A stretch of 64,000 nt of DNA from Felis catus (lineage: Eukaryota). Below, one piece after another: positions 24,873-37,367 of the stretch. Below the pieces are notes generated by a model that had not been told where the DNA came from, made no database searches, and saw only the letters and a program-made list of their open reading frames with translations. Every line of letters begins with the position of its first letter. Within the stretch, counting starts at the first letter, position 1. The stretch lies in NCBI RefSeq assembly GCF_018350175.1, contig NC_058368.1, positions 186,994,001 through 187,058,000 of the forward strand, in the 5' to 3' direction. A program made the translations under genes and the position numbers.

Positions 24873-27800
24873 TCAGGATCCACATAAGAGTGAAAACATA
24901 CGGAATCTGTCTTTCTCTGTATGGCTTATTTCACTTAGCATCACACTCTCCAGTTCCATCCACGTTGCTACAAAGGGCCATATTTCATTCTTTCTCACTG
25001 CCACCTAGTACTCCATTGTGTATATAAACCACAATTTCTTTATCCATTCATCAGTTGATGGACATTTAGGCTCTTTCCACAATTTGGCTATTGTTGAGAG
25101 TGCTGCTATAAACATTGGGGTGCAAGTGCCCCTATGCATCAGTACTCCTGTATCCCTGGGGTAAATTCCTAGTAGTGCTATTGCTGGGTCATAGGGTAGG
25201 TCTATTTTTAAATTTTGAGGAACCTCCACACTGTTTCCCAGAGTGGCTGCACCAATTTGCACTCCCACCAACAGTGCAAGAGGGTTCCCGTTTCTCCACA
25301 TCCTCGCCAGCATCTACAGTCTCCTGATTTGTTCATTTTGGCCACTCTGACTGGCGTGAGGTGATATCTGAGTGTGGTTTTGATTTGTATTTCCCTGATG
25401 AGGAGCGATGTTGAGCATCTTTTCATGTGCCTGTTGGCCATCCGGATGTCTTCTTTACAGAAGTGTCTGTTCATGTTTTCTGCCCATTTCTTCACTGGGT
25501 TATTTGTTTTTCGGGTGTGGAGTTTGGTGAGCTCTTTATAGATTTTGGATACTAGTCCTTTGTTCGATATGCCATTTGCAAATATATTTTCCCATTCCGT
25601 TGGTTGCCTTTTAGTTTTGTTGGTTGTTTCCTTTCTTGTGCAGAAGCTTTTTATCTTCATAAGGTCCCAGTAGTTCATTTTTGCTTTTAATTCCCTTGAC
25701 TTTGGGGATGTGTCAAGTAAGAAATTGCTACGGATGAGATCAGAGAGGTCTATTCCTGCTTTCTCCTCTAGGGTTTGGATGGTTTCCTGTCTCACATTCA
25801 GGTCCTTTATCCATTTTGAGTTTATTTTTGTGAATGGTGTGAGAAAGTGGTCTAGTTTCAATCTTCTGCATGTTGCTGTCCAGTTCTCCCAGCACCATTT
25901 GTTAAAGAGACTGTCTTTTTTCCATTGGATATTCTTTCCTGCTTTGTCAAAGATGAGTTAGCCATACGTTTGTGGGTCTAATTCTGGGGTTTCTCTTCTA
26001 TTCCATTGGTCTATGTGTCTGTTTTTGTGCCAATACCATGCTGTCTTGATGATGACAGCTTTGTAGTACAGGCTAAAGTCTGGGATTGTGATGCCTCCTG
26101 CTTTGGTCTTCTTCTTCAAAATTACTTTGGCTATTTGGGGCCTTTTTGGTTCCATATGAATTTTAGGATTGCTTGTTCTAGTTTCGAGAAGAATGCTGGT
26201 GCAATTTTGATTGGGATTGCATTGAATGTGTAGATAGCTTTGGGTAGTATTGACATTTTGACAATATTTATTCTTCCAATCCATGAGCACGGAATGTTTT
26301 TCCATTTCTTTATATCTTCTTCGATTTCCTTCATAAGCTTTCTATAGTTTTCAGCATACAGATCTTTTACATCTTTGGTTAGATTTATTCCTAGGTATTT
26401 TATGCTTCTTGGTGCAATTGTGAATGGGATCAGTTTCTTTATTTGTCTTTCTGTTGCTTCATTATTAGTGTATAAGAATGCAACTGATTTCTGTACATTG
26501 ATTTTGTATCCTGCAACTTTGCTAAATTCACGTAGCAGTTCTAGCAGACTTCTGGTGGAGTCTATCAGATTTTCCATGTATAATATCATGTCATCTGCAA
26601 AAAGTGAAAGCTTAACTTCATCTTTGCCAATTTTCATGCCTTTGATTTCCTTTTGTTGTCTGATTGCTGATGCTAGCACTTCCAACACTATGTTAAACAA
26701 CAGCGGTGAGAGTGGACATCTCTGTCGTGTTCCTGATCTCAGGGAAAAAGCTCTCAGTTTTTCCCCATTGACGATGATGTTAGCTGTGGGCTTTTCATAA
26801 ATGGCTTTTATGATGTTTAAGTATGTTCCTTCTATCCCTTCTCGAGGGTTTTTATTAAGAAACGTTGCTGAATTTTGTCAAAGGTCTTTTCTGCATCGAT
26901 TGACAGGATCATATGGTTCTTATCTTTTCTTTTATTAATGTGATGTATCACGTTGATTGATTTGTGAATGTTGAACCAGCCCTGCATCCCAGGAATGAAT
27001 CCCACTTGATCATGGTGAATAATTCTTTTTATATGCTGTTGAATTCGATTTGCTGGTATCTTATTGAGAGTTTTTGCATCCATATTCATCAGGGATATTG
27101 GCCTGTAGTTCTCTTTTTTTACTGGGTCTGTCTGGTTTAGGAATCAAAGTAATACTGGCTTCATAGAATGAGTCTGGAAGTTTTCCTTCCCTTTCTATTT
27201 CTTGGAATAGCTTGAGAAGGATAGGGATTATCTCTGCTTTCAATGTCTGGTAGAACTCCCCTGCGAAGCCATCTGGTCCTGGACTCTTATTTTTTGGGAG
27301 ATTTTTGATGACTGATTCAATTTCTTCGCTGGTTATGGGTCTGTTCAAGCTTTCTATTTCCTCCTGATTGAGTTTTGGAAGTGTGTGGGTGTTTAGGAAT
27401 TTATCCATTTCTTCCAGGTTGTCCAGTTTGTTGGCATATAATTTTTCATAGTATTCCCTGATAATTGCTTGTATCTCTGAGGGATTGGTTGTAATCATTC
27501 CATTTTCATTCATGATTTTATCTCTTTGGGTCATCTCCCTTTTCTTTTTGAGAAGCCTGGCTAGAGGTTTATCAATTTTGTTTATTTTTTCAAAAAACCA
27601 ACTCTTGGTTTCATTGATCTGCTCTACAGTTTTTTTAGACTCTATATTGTTTATTTCTGCTCTGATCTTTATTATTTCTCTTCTTCTGCTGGGTTTAGGC
27701 TGCCTTTGCTGTTCTGCTTCTATTTCCTTTAGGTGTGCTGTTAGATTTTCTATTTGGGATTTTTCTTGTTTCTTGAGATAGGCCTGGATTGCAATGTATT

Positions 27801-28690
27801 TTCCTCTCAGGCCTGCCTTCGCTGCATCCCAAAGCTCTTGGATTGTTGTATTTTCATTTTCATTTGTTTCCATATATTTTCTAATTTCTTCTCTAATTGC
27901 CTGGTTGACCCATTCATTCTTTAGTCAGGTGTTCTTTAACCTGCATGCTTTTGGGGGTTTTCCAGACTTTTTCCTGTGGTTGATTTCAAGCTTCATAGCA
28001 TTGTGGTCTGAAAGTATGCATGGCATGATTTCAATTCTTGTATACTTATGAAGGGCTGTTTTGTGACCCAGTATGTGATCTATCTTGGAGAATGTTCCAT
28101 GTGCACTCGAGAAGAAAGTCTATTCTGTTGCTTTGGGATGCAGAGTTCTAAATATATCTGTCAAGTCCATCTGATCCAATGTATCCTTCAGGGCCCTTGT
28201 ATCTTTATTGACCGTGTGTCTAGATGATCTATCCATTTCTGTAAGTGGAGTGTTAAAGTCCCCTGCAATTACCACATTCTTATCAATAAGGTTGCTTATG
28301 TTTGTGAGTAATTGTTTTATATATTTGGGGGCTCTGGTATTCGGCGCATAGACATTTATACTTGTTAGCTCTTCCTGATGGATAGACCCTGTGATTATTA
28401 TATAATGCCCTTCTTCATCTCTTGTTATAGCTTTTAATTTAAAGTCTAGTTTGTCTGATAGAAGTATGGCTACTCCAGCTTTCTTTTGACTTTCAGTGGC
28501 ATGATAAATAGTTCTCCATCCCCTCACTCTCAATCTGAAGGTGTCCTCAGGTCTAAAATGAGGCTCTTGTAGACAGCAAATAGATGGGTCTTGTTTTTTT
28601 TATCCATTCTGATACCCTATGTCTTTTGGTTGGCGCATTTAATCCATTTACATTCAGTGTTATTATAGAAAGATATGGGTTTACAGTCAT
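24873..28690 (-). pseudogene. L1 ORF2 (endonuclease/reverse transcriptase), broken by several frameshifts and stops
   Basis: Fragments in the ORF track: [77 protein letters not shown]; span ~3.8 kb as expected for ORF2. Confidence 0.95.
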
Positions 28691-28740
28691 TGTGATGTCC
28701 ATAGGTTTCATGCTTGTAGCGATGTCTCTGGTACTTTGTC

Positions 28741-29627
28741 TCACAGGATCCCCCTTAGGATCTCTTGTAGGGCTGGTTTAGTGGTGACAAATTCCTTCAG
28801 TTTTTGTTTGTTTGGGAAGACCTTTAGCTCTCCTTCTATTCTAAATGACAGACTTGCTGGATAAAGGATTCTCGGCTGCATATTTTTCCTGTTTATCACA
28901 TTGAAGATCTCCTGCCATTCCTTTCTGGCCTGCCAAGTTTCAGTAGAGAGATCGGTCATGAGTCTTATAGGTCTCCCTTTATATGTTAGAGCACGTTTAT
29001 CTCTAGCTGCTTTCAGAATTTTCTTTTTATCCTTGCATTTTGCCAGTTTCACTATGATATGTCGTGCAGAAGATCTATTCAAGTTACGTCTGAAGGGAGT
29101 TCTCTGTGCCTCTTGGATTTCAAAGCCTTTTCTTCCCCAGATCCGGGAAGTTGTCAGCTATTATTTCTTCAAGTACACCTTCAGCACCTTTCCCTCTCTC
29201 TTCCTCCTCTGGAATGCGAATCATGCGTAGATGATTTCTCTTTAGTGCATCACTTAGTTCTCTAAGTTTCCCCTCATACTCCTGGATTTTTTTCTCTTTT
29301 TCTCAGCTTCTTCTTTTTCCATAATTTTATCTTCTAGTTCACCTATTCTCTCCTCTGCCTCTTCAATCCTAGCTGTAGTTGTCTCCATTTTATTTTGCAG
29401 CTCATTGATAGGATTTTTTAGCTCTTCCTGGCTGTTCCTTAGTCCCTTGATCTCTGTAGCAAGAGATTCTCTGCTGTCCTTTATACTGTTCTCAAGCCCA
29501 GCAATTAATTTTATGACTATTATTCTAAATTCACTTCTGTTATATTGTTTAAATCATTTTTGATCAGTTCATTAGCTGTTGTTATTTCCTGGACGTTTTT
29601 CTGAGGGGAATTCTTCCATTTCCTCAT
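28741..29627 (-). pseudogene. L1 ORF1 (RNA-binding/chaperone), frameshifted
   Basis: Starts MRKWKNSPQKNVQEITT at 29627; coiled-coil region; C-terminal part RHIIVKL...QARKEW...ILYPASLSF...KPALQEILRGIL*. Confidence 0.92.
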
Positions 29628-30555
29628 TTTGGATAGTCCCTGGAGTGGTGCGGGACTGCGGGGCACTTCCCCTGTGCTGTCTTGAATAACTTGCGTTGGT
29701 GGGCAGGGCTACAGTCAGACACGATGTCTGCCCCCAGCCTACCGCTGGGGCCACAGTCAAACTGGTGTGTGCCTTCTCTTCCCCTCTCCTAGGGGCGGGA
29801 TTCACTGTGGGGTGGGGTGGCCCGTCAGGGCTACTTGCACACTGCCAGGCTTGTGGTGCTGGGGATCTGGTGTATTAGCTGGGGTGGATTGGCATGGTGC
29901 ACAGGGGCGGGAGGGGCAGGCTCAGCTCGCTTCTCCTTCAGAGATCCCTTTCGAGAGGGGCCCTGTGGCACCGGGAGGGAGTCAGACCCGCTGGAGGGAT
30001 GGATCCGCAGAAGCACAGCGTTGGGTGTTTGCTTGCGCCGCAGCAAGCAAGTTCCCTGGCAGGAACTGGTTCCCTTTGGGATTTGGGCTGGTGGATGGGC
30101 GAGGGAGATGGTGTTGGCGAGCACCTTTGTTCCCCGCCAAGCTGAGCTCTGTAGTCCGGGGCTCAACCACTCTCCCTCCCATTGTCCTCCAGTCCTCCGT
30201 TCTCAGAGCAGAGCTGTGAGCTTATAACCTTCCAGATGTCAAGTCCCTCTTGCTGTTGGAACACACTCTGTCCAGCCCCTCCGCTTTTGCAAGCCAGACT
30301 CGGGGACTCTGCTTGACCGGTGGGCCGCCCCTCCACCCCAGCTCCCTCCTGCCAGTCCGTGGAGCGTGCACAGCCTCTCCTCCCTTCCTACCCTCTTCCA
30401 TGGGCCTCTCCTCTGCGCTTGGCTCTGGAGACTCCGTTCTGCTAGTCTTCTGGTGGTTTTCTGGGTTATTTAGGCAGGTGTGGGTGGAATCTAAGTGATC
30501 AGCAGGACACGCGGTGAGCCCAGCGTCCTCCTACGCCGCCATCTTCCCAGGATCC
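29628..30555 (-). promoter_or_regulatory. L1 5'UTR internal Pol II promoter with YY1 site (GCCGCCATCTT at 30535-30545 on +)
   Basis: Only clearly GC/CpG-rich stretch in the window; the YY1 motif lies ~10 nt from the element 5' end, as in other mammalian L1s. Confidence 0.8.
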
Positions 30556-31129
30556 CTGATTTTGTTTTTAAAAGCCTGCTTGGCTGCTGTGTGAAAACTG
30601 ATAACTTATGGAAGGCACAACACCAGGCAGGAGTAGTCTAGGCAAGAGATGAAGGGGGTTTCAACTAAATTTGTAGGAGTGGAAATGATGAGCATGGTTT
30701 GGTTCTGCAATATGTTTTGAACCAATACTATCTTGGTTTTTGGGTGAGCTGCCATGGTCTACAGAGAAAACCATGCCCACACCTTTGTAAAGTATTCTAT
30801 TGCAGCTCTGACATCTGGGTGACTGTTCAAATAAAAATGCACACATCACCTTAAAACTAGCCACCAACCTTAGTCACAGCTGTCTAAACCCAGACATAGA
30901 AAGTTATCCCCTGAAGAAACCTAGTCTGAAAATATGTATCTCTGTCTCCACCACAGAAAATGTCTTCTATGATTACAGAACAGTTTAGTTCCTTAAATCC
31001 CTAGTAGTTCCAACCTTCTACCTCCTAGTTTGGTCTCATTTATATTGTATAACTAACTGCTACCTTACCCACGGTCAGGTTTAGAACCCCAGAATGCCAG
31101 GACTGTTAGCTTGACTCCAGAGCTCAAGT

Positions 31130-31625
31130 ATTGTGGACTTTTATGGATGACTCCACAATCTCAGTTCCACTCCACGTGATTAGTCTAGGCCAAGCCACGT
31201 AATGCCACATCCTGTGCTTATGACTGACTCTGAAATGTGCACGTGACCAGTCTGGCTAATAAAATATTGGAGGACAGCCTGTGGGAACTTCTAAAGGATT
31301 TATTATTTCTAGGAAAGAAATACAGAAAGGAGTAGCCCACCCTTTTCTTTTGGACATTATCACATCTGGAGATGGGGTCCACAAGTCCTGCAACCATCTT
31401 TGATCACACAACCATCCATAAAATAAAGCTCATGTTGAAAATGAGAAAATAAAAAGATGGGAAGAATTTGAGTCTTCAAAGACTGTATTAAGGCACTGAT
31501 CAAAAATGCCTGGAACCTGTCAAATTGCTAGACTTCCAGTTTTGTGAGAAAGCCAATTTCCTTTTTGTTTAAGCCAATTTGCATTGTACTTTTCTGTCAC
31601 ATGCAGCCAAATTCATTCTATAGGA
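31130..31625 (+). mobile_element. Old MaLR LTR (MLT1J/K-like)
   Basis: 'cacgtgaccagtctggctaataaa', 'gcaaccatctttgatcac', end 'tttaagccaatttg...ttctgtcacatgcagccaaattcattct'. Confidence 0.7.
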
Positions 31626-31644
31626 GATGTTGTGGCTCATTGCT

Positions 31645-31870
31645 TTTTAATTCAACAGATATTTATTGAGCACCCACTGTGTCCCATGAATGATTCTGGG
31701 TACTAGTAATAAAGAGATGAATAAGACAGCGCTGCCTCATCTTATGATACGTCAATATTCTAATTTGAGGGAAGAGGATGAAAGTAGAAATAAATGAGTT
31801 AGCTTAGAAAACACCAAATGCTATGAAGAAAATAAAACAGGGTAAGATACTAAAGAATTATAGGAGAGCA
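31645..31870 (-). mobile_element. L2 3' fragment
   Basis: 'ttcaacagatatttattgagcacccactgtgtccca'. Confidence 0.75.
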
Positions 31871-31884
31871 AAGTCATTTAAAAA

Positions 31885-32100
31885 CTATTACATATGTGCA
31901 GAAGTGAGCCAATTACAGAGATGTTCATACCTCAAATGTTTTTAGTAGCAAAAAAATAATGATAGCTACTAAAATAGCCCAGATGTGCACATCTAAGAGC
32001 CTAAAGAATTAAATTTTGGTACATTTATGTGATGGAATACCATGTTGTTAATAAAATGACTAGAATATAAGATTAGAATGCTTATATAACACTATCTCTG
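31885..32100 (+). mobile_element. Old L1ME-like 3' fragment (continues at ~34361-34590); host of the inverted L1 and a SINE
   Basis: 'aaattttggtacatttatgtgatggaataccatg'; continuation 'ttctggatagatacataagaaagcttatcagtg...ttgtatgtttttagaatttactacaccatgtat'. Confidence 0.6.
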
Positions 32101-32217
32101 AGATAAATTATTTTTAATTATTATTATTTTATTTTAAGAGTATGTAATAACATGAAGATATTATATTAGTGCACTACAAAATGATGTGTAAATGTACATG
32201 CTATAGGTTCCTAGAAC

Positions 32218-34087
32218 TTTTTTTAAGTTTTATTTAAATTCCAGTTCGTTAACATAAAGTGTAATATTAGTTTTGTGTATACAATATAGTGATTCAACAA
32301 TTCCATACAATACCCAGTGCTCATCACAACAAGGGCACTCCTTAATCCTCATCATCAATTTTACCCATCCCTCTACCTACCTCCCCTCTGCTAACCATCA
32401 GTTTATTCTCTTTAGATATGAGTTTGTTTCTTGATCCCCACCCTTTTTATTTTCCCTTTGCTCATTTGTTTTCTTTCTTAAATTCCACATGTGATGGAGT
32501 CATATGGTATTTGTCTTTCTCTGACTTAGTTTAGCATAATACTCTCTAGCCCTATCCATATCATTGCAAATGGAAAATTTCATTCTTCTTTATGGTGGAG
32601 TAACATTCCATTGCATATATATACCACATATTTTTTATCCAATTATGAACCAATGGACAGTTGGGCTATTTCCATAATTCAGCTCTTGTAGATAATGCTG
32701 CTATAAACATTGGGGGGCATTTATTGCTTTGAATTAGCATTGTTATGTTCTTTAGATAAATACCTAGTAGTGAGATTTCTAGATCATAGGGTATTTTTAT
32801 TTTTAACTTTTTGAGTTAAAACTTTTTTAACTTCTATACTGTTTTCCAGAGTGGCTGCACCGGTTTTCATTCCCACCAACAGTGTAAGAGGGTTCCCCTT
32901 TCTTTGAGTCCTCACCAACATCTGTTGTTTCCTGTGTTGTTAATTTTAGCCATTCTGACAGTTAGGAGATAATATCATTGTAGTTTTGATTTGTATTTTC
33001 CTGATAATCAGTGATGTTGAGCATCTTTTCATGTCTGGTGTCCATCTGTATGTCTTCTTTACAGAAATGTCTATTCATATCTTCTGCTCACTTTTAATTG
33101 GATTACTCATTTTATGGTTGTTAAGTTTTATAAGTTCTTTATTATTTTGACTAGCCCTTTATCAGATATGTAATTTGCAAATATCTTCTTCCATTCCATA
33201 GGTTGACTTTTAATTTTGTTGATTGTGTCCTTTACTGTGCAGAAGCTATACCAATAATTAAGCAGTAGAAAGAGAAATTGAGGAATGAATACCACTTACC
33301 ATTGCACCAAAAATAATAAGATACCTAGGAATAAACTTAACCAAAGAAGTGAAAGACTTATACTCTGAAAACTATAAAGCACTAATGAAAAAAATAGAAG
33401 ATGACACAAAGAAATGGAAAAACATTCCATGCTCATGAGTAGAAGAGAAAATGTTGTTAAAATATTTATACCACTCAAAGCAATCTATACATTTAATACA
33501 ATCTCTATCAAAATATCAACAGCATTTTCACAGAGCTAGAACAAACAATCCTAAAATTTATATAGAACCACGAAGGACTCTGAATAGCCAAAACAACCTC
33601 AAAAAGGAAAAACAAAGCTGGAGGCATCACAATTCCAGACTTCAAGTTATATTTCAAACCTGTAGTGATCAAAACATTATGGTACTGGCACAAAAATAGA
33701 CGCATAGATCAATAGAACAGAATAGAAAAGCCAGAAATGAACCCACAACTCTCTGGTCAACTAATCTTCAACAAAGCGGGAAAGAATATCCAACAGGAAA
33801 AAGACAGTCTCTTCAACAAATGATATTGGGAAAACTAGACGGCAACTTGCAACAGGATGAAACTGGACCACTTTCTTATGCCATACACAAAAATAAATTC
33901 AAAATGGATTAAAGAGCTAAATGTGAGACCTGAAACCATAAAAATCCTAGAGGAGAATGCAGACAGTAACCTCTTTGAAATCTACTACAGCAACTTCTTT
34001 CTAGATATGTCTCTTGAGGCGAGACAAAAAAAAGCAAAAATAAACTTTTGAGACTTCATCAAAATAAATAGCTTCTGCACAGCAAAG
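32218..34087 (-). mobile_element. 5'-truncated, 5'-inverted carnivore L1 (32218-33249 minus; 33246-34087 inverted, plus)
   Basis: The minus part is the 3'UTR and ORF2 C-terminus. The plus part is the immediately upstream ORF2 segment ([19 protein letters not shown]...). Both parts share the L1 coordinate 'atagcttctgcacag(c/t)aaag'. Confidence 0.95.
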
Positions 34088-34116
34088 ATTAATTATTATT
34101 AAAAATAAAAGGCTGA

Positions 34117-34344
34117 GGGGCGCCTGGGTGGCACAGTCGGTTAAGCGTCCGACTTCAGCCAGGTCACGATCTCGCGGTCCGTGAGTTCGAGCCCCGCGTC
34201 AGGCTCTGGGCTGATGGCTCAGAGCCTGGAGCCTGTTTCCGATTCTGTGTCTCCCTCTCTCTCTGCCCCTCCTCCGTTCATGCTCTGTCTCTCTCTGTCC
34301 CAAAAATAAATAAACGTTGAAAAAAAAATTTTTTTAAATAAAAA
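34117..34344 (+). mobile_element. Young felid CAN-SINE (SINEC_Fc-type)
   Basis: Near-consensus; perfect TSD aaaaataaaaggctga. Confidence 0.97.
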
Positions 34345-36574
34345 AAAAATAAAAGGCTGATTGTAGACAAGTACACAGAGTATTACTCCAATTCTCAGAA
34401 TCAGAAAAAGGATAGAAGGATATAGAAATAAATAGAAATGCATTTCTGGATAGATACATAAGAAAGCTTATCAGTGTTCTTTAGGAGAAGTAGAGAGAGA
34501 AGACACCTTTATGTTCTATTTTGTGCTTCTTGTATGTTTTTAGAATTTACTACACCATGTATATTTTTCATTTATAAAATAAATATATGGTTAAAAATTT
34601 TTATAGCATCTAAAGTTTCTTTCAGGGTAAATCTGAATCTAGGAATAATTAATGTTAGTAAATATTGCTTAAGAGGAGTAATTTTTGACATACATGCTAT
34701 AAGAAGAGAAGAACCTGATTTTAAATAGGAACCAGATGACAAGTGAGGCCATCTGCTCTGCCTGGTCACCTGGCATACACTCTCCCCACCATCAGGAGTA
34801 AAAGCTGCAGGAAAAGATTCTACCACCAAAAGCAACGACCAGAGCAACATTGTGTGAGATCAGCTGCCAGGATTATCCACAAGATAATTTCAGGGAAGAG
34901 AAATGATGAGAGAGGATGATAGAAACATCCTTGAAAATTGCCAGAAAAGACCAAAACCCTGACAGATCATGGGAGCACCTGAAGAAAGGTCCCCATGACA
35001 AGAGATCTCTTAAGATCTAGAGGTTGATGGAAAGATATAAGGTTGTTCCCCAGGTGTATCTGCATGACCCTCCAGGTAGATTTTATGCACTGTGTCCTCC
35101 ACTCTAAGCCAGGCCAAGAACCTGTGTTGATTTCACTTAAGCTGTGACCTCCCTCTTAACTGAACATGTGTTTGAAAAATCCTCATCTGCTACATGTCAA
35201 ATCCATATTTGAAACACAATCAGCAGGTCTCCAAAGGAGGCTGACTCAAAGCCAACTTCAAGAGCAGAATGGATTGGGCAATCCACTGCAATAATGAAGA
35301 TTAGTGGCAGGGTACTTTTCTAGATGCCTGATTTCCTTTTCCCTTTTAGTTTTGTCTTCTTGTCTTATCAATAACCATCACATATTTGGTGACTAGTGAA
35401 CCAATTTTCTGATAAATAGCACATGTGGTGAGAAATGATAGATCAGGATGAGGAGAGTAGGTTTTTGTTCTTTCATGGAAGCTCCACACAAAGTAATGTT
35501 CTGTAAGTGCCCATCCTTCAATATGTCACATGCAGTCACTAATGATAACCAGAGTTGCTGTAAACCTTGGGTCCTTTTGCCCTTTCATACGTTAATGTAT
35601 AGGTTCAACCAGATCCCTTAACTTCACTCTAACTTGCTTTCTCTCTTCTTAACAGGGTATTAGTCAAGAGTGGCAATCCATGGAAGAGAAAGGGATGCAA
35701 AATACACAGTGGTTCCCATTAGTTTGTTTTGCAAATCCTGATCACTCAAATGTCTTCTCTAACACAAAGGAAGCAAGATTGTGACTTTGGGGCTTTCCTA
35801 TGCCCTCAGCCAGCATCGCTAATTTAGCATAACAGCACTTTCTCCTACCGCTCCTTCATGAGGACTCAGAGCTTCAGGCAACTACTTCAGAACTGACAGA
35901 TAAGCTAGACTGTTTAACATCCCTGCAGCTGCTCTGGCCAGGCTTTTTCTTTGGATCCTATCCATTGTTTAGGTTCCAAAGGTATCAATTTCCCTTGCAC
36001 TGTACGGTGTGATGTGTGTGTGTAATGGAGTTTATCATGCCATTACTAATGGATGACTGCTGAGGAGATTTTAATTTGCATAGAATACACCCTTATGCTG
36101 AAAAGGAAGCTAAACTTTGCTCAAAGATCATCTTTTGTCATTAAAAGTCTGGAAGTTTGTGGGTTCCTCATTAAATCATTTCCTTGAGACTTTCTGAAGA
36201 GTTTTAAAATAACCCAATAGAGGGAAAAGAAAATTTAACTCCCTTTTCTATGCACCATTTTCCAGGTCTTCTTTCAAGGGAAGGGGGAGAACAGCTAATA
36301 TAATTGGTCAGAAATCAAGAAGTAATTGTGCCATGAATATTAATGGATTAGAGATCTTAACCTGTGTTCTATCCCTCTCTCCATGCTTTCCAGTACACAC
36401 AGCTTGGTTAGTAAGTCAAATGAGGACTTTCCTTGGCAGGACTTGTCAGCTGCCTCTCCTCTTCCTAAACTTCAAAAAACTTTCACTTAGCTGAGTCAGA
36501 GTTCTCCTTGGAGCCTAGCCATCACTCTCTGCCTGCATGTCAAATCATGCTGGACATTGTGCTGGCTTAGAATT

Positions 36575-37365
36575 TTATTCATTTCAGTTCCTTCTCATTA
36601 ACAAAACTATTTTGAGCACCTACTATGTGCAAGTATCATGGTGGGTGGTGGGCATTAGCCATGTACAAAGCACAGAAAAATAGATCTTACCTTCCTTTTT
36701 AAAATTTTTTTATGTTTATTTATTTTTGAAAGAGAGAGACCGAGTGCAAGCAGGGGAGGGGCAGAAAGAGAGGGAGACAGAATTTGAAGCAGGCTTCAGG
36801 CTCTGAACTGTCAGCACAGAGCCCAATGCGGGGCTCAAATCCACAAACCATGAGATCATGACCTGAGCCAGTCAGATGCTTAACCAACTGAGCCACACAG
36901 GTGCCCAGATCTTACCTTCTTTTAATAAGTAAAACATAAAGCTATTCAGATGGTGATAAGCACTTTGGATACCATTAAAGCCCCCAAGTGGAATAAGGAA
37001 TGGAGGGGTGAAAATAACTGTTCTAATTTCAAATAGAATGGTCAGAAAGCCCTCAATGAGAAGGTGACAGCTGAATAACACCCAATAAAGCAAAAATTCA
37101 ATCATGTGATTCTTTGGGGGTGGGGGTGGGTGGGATGAGGCACTCCAGGTAGGGAAAGGAGCAAAAGCAAAGAACAGGGGGTATGCCTGGGTGTCTGAGG
37201 AGCAGTAAGGTGGCTAAGTGACTGGAACTGAGTGAGCAGAAGGAAGAATGATAGGAGATGAATTCAGAGTTATGAGGTGGATGGTGGGGAGCAGATTGCT
37301 TGAGGGCTTGTAGGTCATTGTGTTCACTTTTGATTTTACTCAGGATTAGGAGGAATAAAGAAGAG
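36575..37365 (-). mobile_element. L2 fragment (split by a SINE; continues at ~38200-38610)
   Basis: 'ttttgagcacctactatgtgcaag', 'ggtcagaaagccctc', 'gagcagattgcttgagggcttgtaggtcattg'; continuation 'ctctggctactctgttgagaatagac...tttgaaatgcctatt'. Confidence 0.85.
36696..36906 (-). mobile_element. CAN-SINE
   Basis: Typical body; TSD agatcttaccttc. Confidence 0.95.
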
Positions 37366-37367
37366 GT

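Larger units (their letters stand above)
24638..30555 (-). mobile_element. Full-length (~5.9 kb) felid LINE-1, disabled
   Basis: GC-rich 5'UTR beginning GGATCCTGGGAAGATGGCGG; ORF1; ORF2 (EN, RT, CCHC); 3'UTR with G-rich tract; A-tail; TSD ctggttttgttttt (24624-24637) / ctgattttgttttt (30556-30569). Confidence 0.98.

Noticed and set aside
29696..30498. Antisense ORFs (150, 136 aa etc.) in the L1 5'UTR as an ORF0 analogue
   Set aside because: The longest start at GTG rather than ATG, GC-rich DNA is stop-poor, and ORF0 is described as primate-specific
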